Part shown: in pieces, positions 62,316-64,000 of the stretch
Position numbering within the stretch: position 1 is the first letter of the stretch
Layout: each line of letters opens with the position of its first letter
Assembly: GCF_024521635.1 (NCBI RefSeq)
Contig: NW_026250410.1
Location: forward strand, 992,001-1,056,000
Length of the DNA: 64,000 bases
Reading direction: 5' to 3'
Source: Tricharina praecox
Lineage: Eukaryota
Made by a program: the position numbers and the translations under genes
Notes under the pieces: model-generated
What the model saw: only the letters and a program-made list of their open reading frames with translations
Told to the model about the DNA's origin: nothing
The model's database searches: none

Positions 62316-64000
62316 TTACACCGTGGTCTTCTTACTGAGCGGCAAGTTCCTGGAAGAATCACCGACATGAACGGTATATCCACCAGCCCCAGCACCCGGA
62401 ATAACCCAATTCTGCAGCACGACGTCCCAGACACTCAGATCCTTCCTAGTGAGCTCGAAGGTGACCTGCTTCGCCTCGGTAGGTGCGAGCTCGATCTTCT
62501 TGAAGCCGCGCAACTGGCGGATCGGTGTGTCGTACTTTATCCCGCTGGGGAACTCGAGGTACAGTTGCGGCACGGCCTTGCCCGTGACCTCGCCAGTGTT
62601 CTGGACGCATATGGTCACCCGGTAGATCACGTCGCGGAGCGCGGGGTTGCCGCCTTGTGCGCCGCCGGCGGCAGGTGCGGGCGCGGGAGTCGTGGTGTAG
62701 CCCGTTGGGTATGGGTATGCCCCCGTGGTGATCGTGGAGGGGTTGTCGAGGTAGGGGTAGATGTATTTGCTGATCCGCGTGGTGATATCTGAAGGCCATG
62801 CGACCTCGAAGGCGGGCGGGATCGTGGTGGGGTAGACGGGGGTGGCGCCCTTTGCGGCGCGGGCGGGCGGGAGCTCGGAGGGCGCCGTGACGGTCTCGAT
62901 CGAGATGTCGCTGTAGGTGAAGTCGGTGTAGGAGAGTCCGAAGCCGAAGGGGAAGCGTGGGGCGATACCCTGCTTGTCGAACCAGCGGTAGTCGATGTAG
63001 GCCTTTTCGGTGTATTCATTGTCCATCTTTCCGGAGCCTTGGGTGACGAGAGCAACGGAGGAGCCCCAGTCGGAAACCGCCTTACCCATGGTGTAGGGAA
63101 GGTGACCGGAGGGGGAGACATCACCAAAGAGGATCTCGGTGAGGGATGAGCCGGCTTCGCGGCCGGGAAGGTGAGCGTTAACGACGGCTTTGACGTTCGG
63201 ATGGTCGATCCACTTCTCGACGATGATGGGACCGACGGTGTGCATGATCACGATAGTGTTGGGACAGGCGTCCGCGACGGCGGTGACCAGCTCGTCACCG
63301 CTGTGCCAGGCGTACAAGCTGTTGCGGTCACCTTCGTTGCCGTCTACGGTGATGTAACGCTCGCCGGCATCAGCGCTGATGAACACGAGGCATTTGGAGT
63401 TCGCGGTGCCGGCCATCTGCTTGACCGCCGTGGTGACGTCGTCCTTAAGGATGGACTGGACGTTGGCAGCACGGGCACTGATGGCGGCGATGGGGGTTGA
63501 GATGTCGGGGTAGTAATCCGCGGTTCCGGATCCCCAGCCCATCCCCAAGACACCGCTGTTGCAGCCACGGTCGACGCAAGAATTACCACCGTTGGGGTTG
63601 GGACCAGCGTCGGAGCCGAATACGCGAATGGTGTCGGACTCCGCGATGGGCAGAGCGTTATCAACGTTCTTCAGGAGGGTGATACCATCCCTGGCAACAG
63701 CCTTAGCGATCTCAGCGTGATTGCCCCGAACATCGATGTGCTTGTTGACTGTGACGATGGGTCCGGTGTTGGCACCCTTGTAGAGGACATCAGTGTCGCT
63801 GGTGGTCCAGCTGGAGAAGGAAACGGGAGGGTAGTTCACGTCCTGGCCGAGTTGGTACCAAGCAGCGACGATACGGGTGACGGCGTCGTTCAAGCGGTCC
63901 ACGGGGACGCTGCTGTTCAGAACGGAGCGTGAAAGGGAGTCTCCCCACAGAGACTTGCCGTTGGCCCAAGATTCACCGTCTCCGGGTTGGGTCTGGTCGA
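62316..64000 (-). CDS. Glycoside hydrolase family 3 beta-glucosidase (3' part; 5' end beyond window)
   Basis: DQTQPGDG..WG..V..SSVPVDRLNDAVTRIVAAWY, ARDGITLLKN, GVLGMGWGSGT, VFISADAGERY, PSGHLPYT, YIDYRWFD..PRFPFGFGLSYT, FnIII-like VPQLYL..QLRGFKKI. Confidence 0.96.
   Translation of the reverse strand, partial: DQTQPGDGESWANGKSLWGDSLSRSVLNSSVPVDRLNDAVTRIVAAWYQLGQDVNYPPVSFSSWTTSDTDVLYKGANTGPIVTVNKHIDVRGNHAEIAKAVARDGITLLKNVDNALPIAESDTIRVFGSDAGPNPNGGNSCVDRGCNSGVLGMGWGSGTADYYPDISTPIAAISARAANVQSILKDDVTTAVKQMAGTANSKCLVFISADAGERYITVDGNEGDRNSLYAWHSGDELVTAVADACPNTIVIMHTVGPIIVEKWIDHPNVKAVVNAHLPGREAGSSLTEILFGDVSPSGHLPYTMGKAVSDWGSSVALVTQGSGKMDNEYTEKAYIDYRWFDKQGIAPRFPFGFGLSYTDFTYSDISIETVTAPSELPPARAAKGATPVYPTTIPPAFEVAWPSDITTRISKYIYPYLDNPSTITTGAYPYPTGYTTTPAPAPAAGGAQGGNPALRDVIYRVTICVQNTGEVTGKAVPQLYLEFPSGIKYDTPIRQLRGFKKIELAPTEAKQVTFELTRKDLSVWDVVLQNWVIPGAGAGGYTVHVGDSSRNLPLSKKTTV

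Overview
Intron-rich eukaryotic DNA from a filamentous ascomycete. A Pezizomycetes-like origin is inferred from gene style, short GT-AG introns with CTRAC-type branch sites and SSR-rich intergenic DNA. I manually spliced 17 protein-coding models: MAP2, a secreted S41 peptidase, CTK1, an aftiphilin-like IDR protein, a 1766-aa 'hypothetical', mitochondrial bL27 (MRP7), a GFA/CENP-V Zn protein, a secreted Thr-rich protein, UFD2, RHO1, CUB1/UPF0662, RPP1, RSA4, ENP1, TAF6, a small coiled-coil ORF and a 5'-truncated GH3 beta-glucosidase. The exon sums of the 15 complete models are all multiples of 3. The most interesting signal is a divergently transcribed pair of apparent 'hypothetical' genes that look like cryptic fungal counterparts of metazoan clathrin/endosomal factors. 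One is a RasGAP-like + VPS9 + SEL1 protein (GAPVD1/RME-6 architecture, 26330-32132 +). The other is an AP-1 gamma-ear-motif-rich aftiphilin-like protein (16197-19219 -). Other oddities include an AUGA-overlapping uORF, a candidate premature-UAG gene, a decayed TPR-like tandem repeat and a recurrent intergenic TAGGTACCTA palindrome. No rRNA, tRNA, CRISPR or intact transposon could be supported. All homology calls come from recalled motifs, not database searches.
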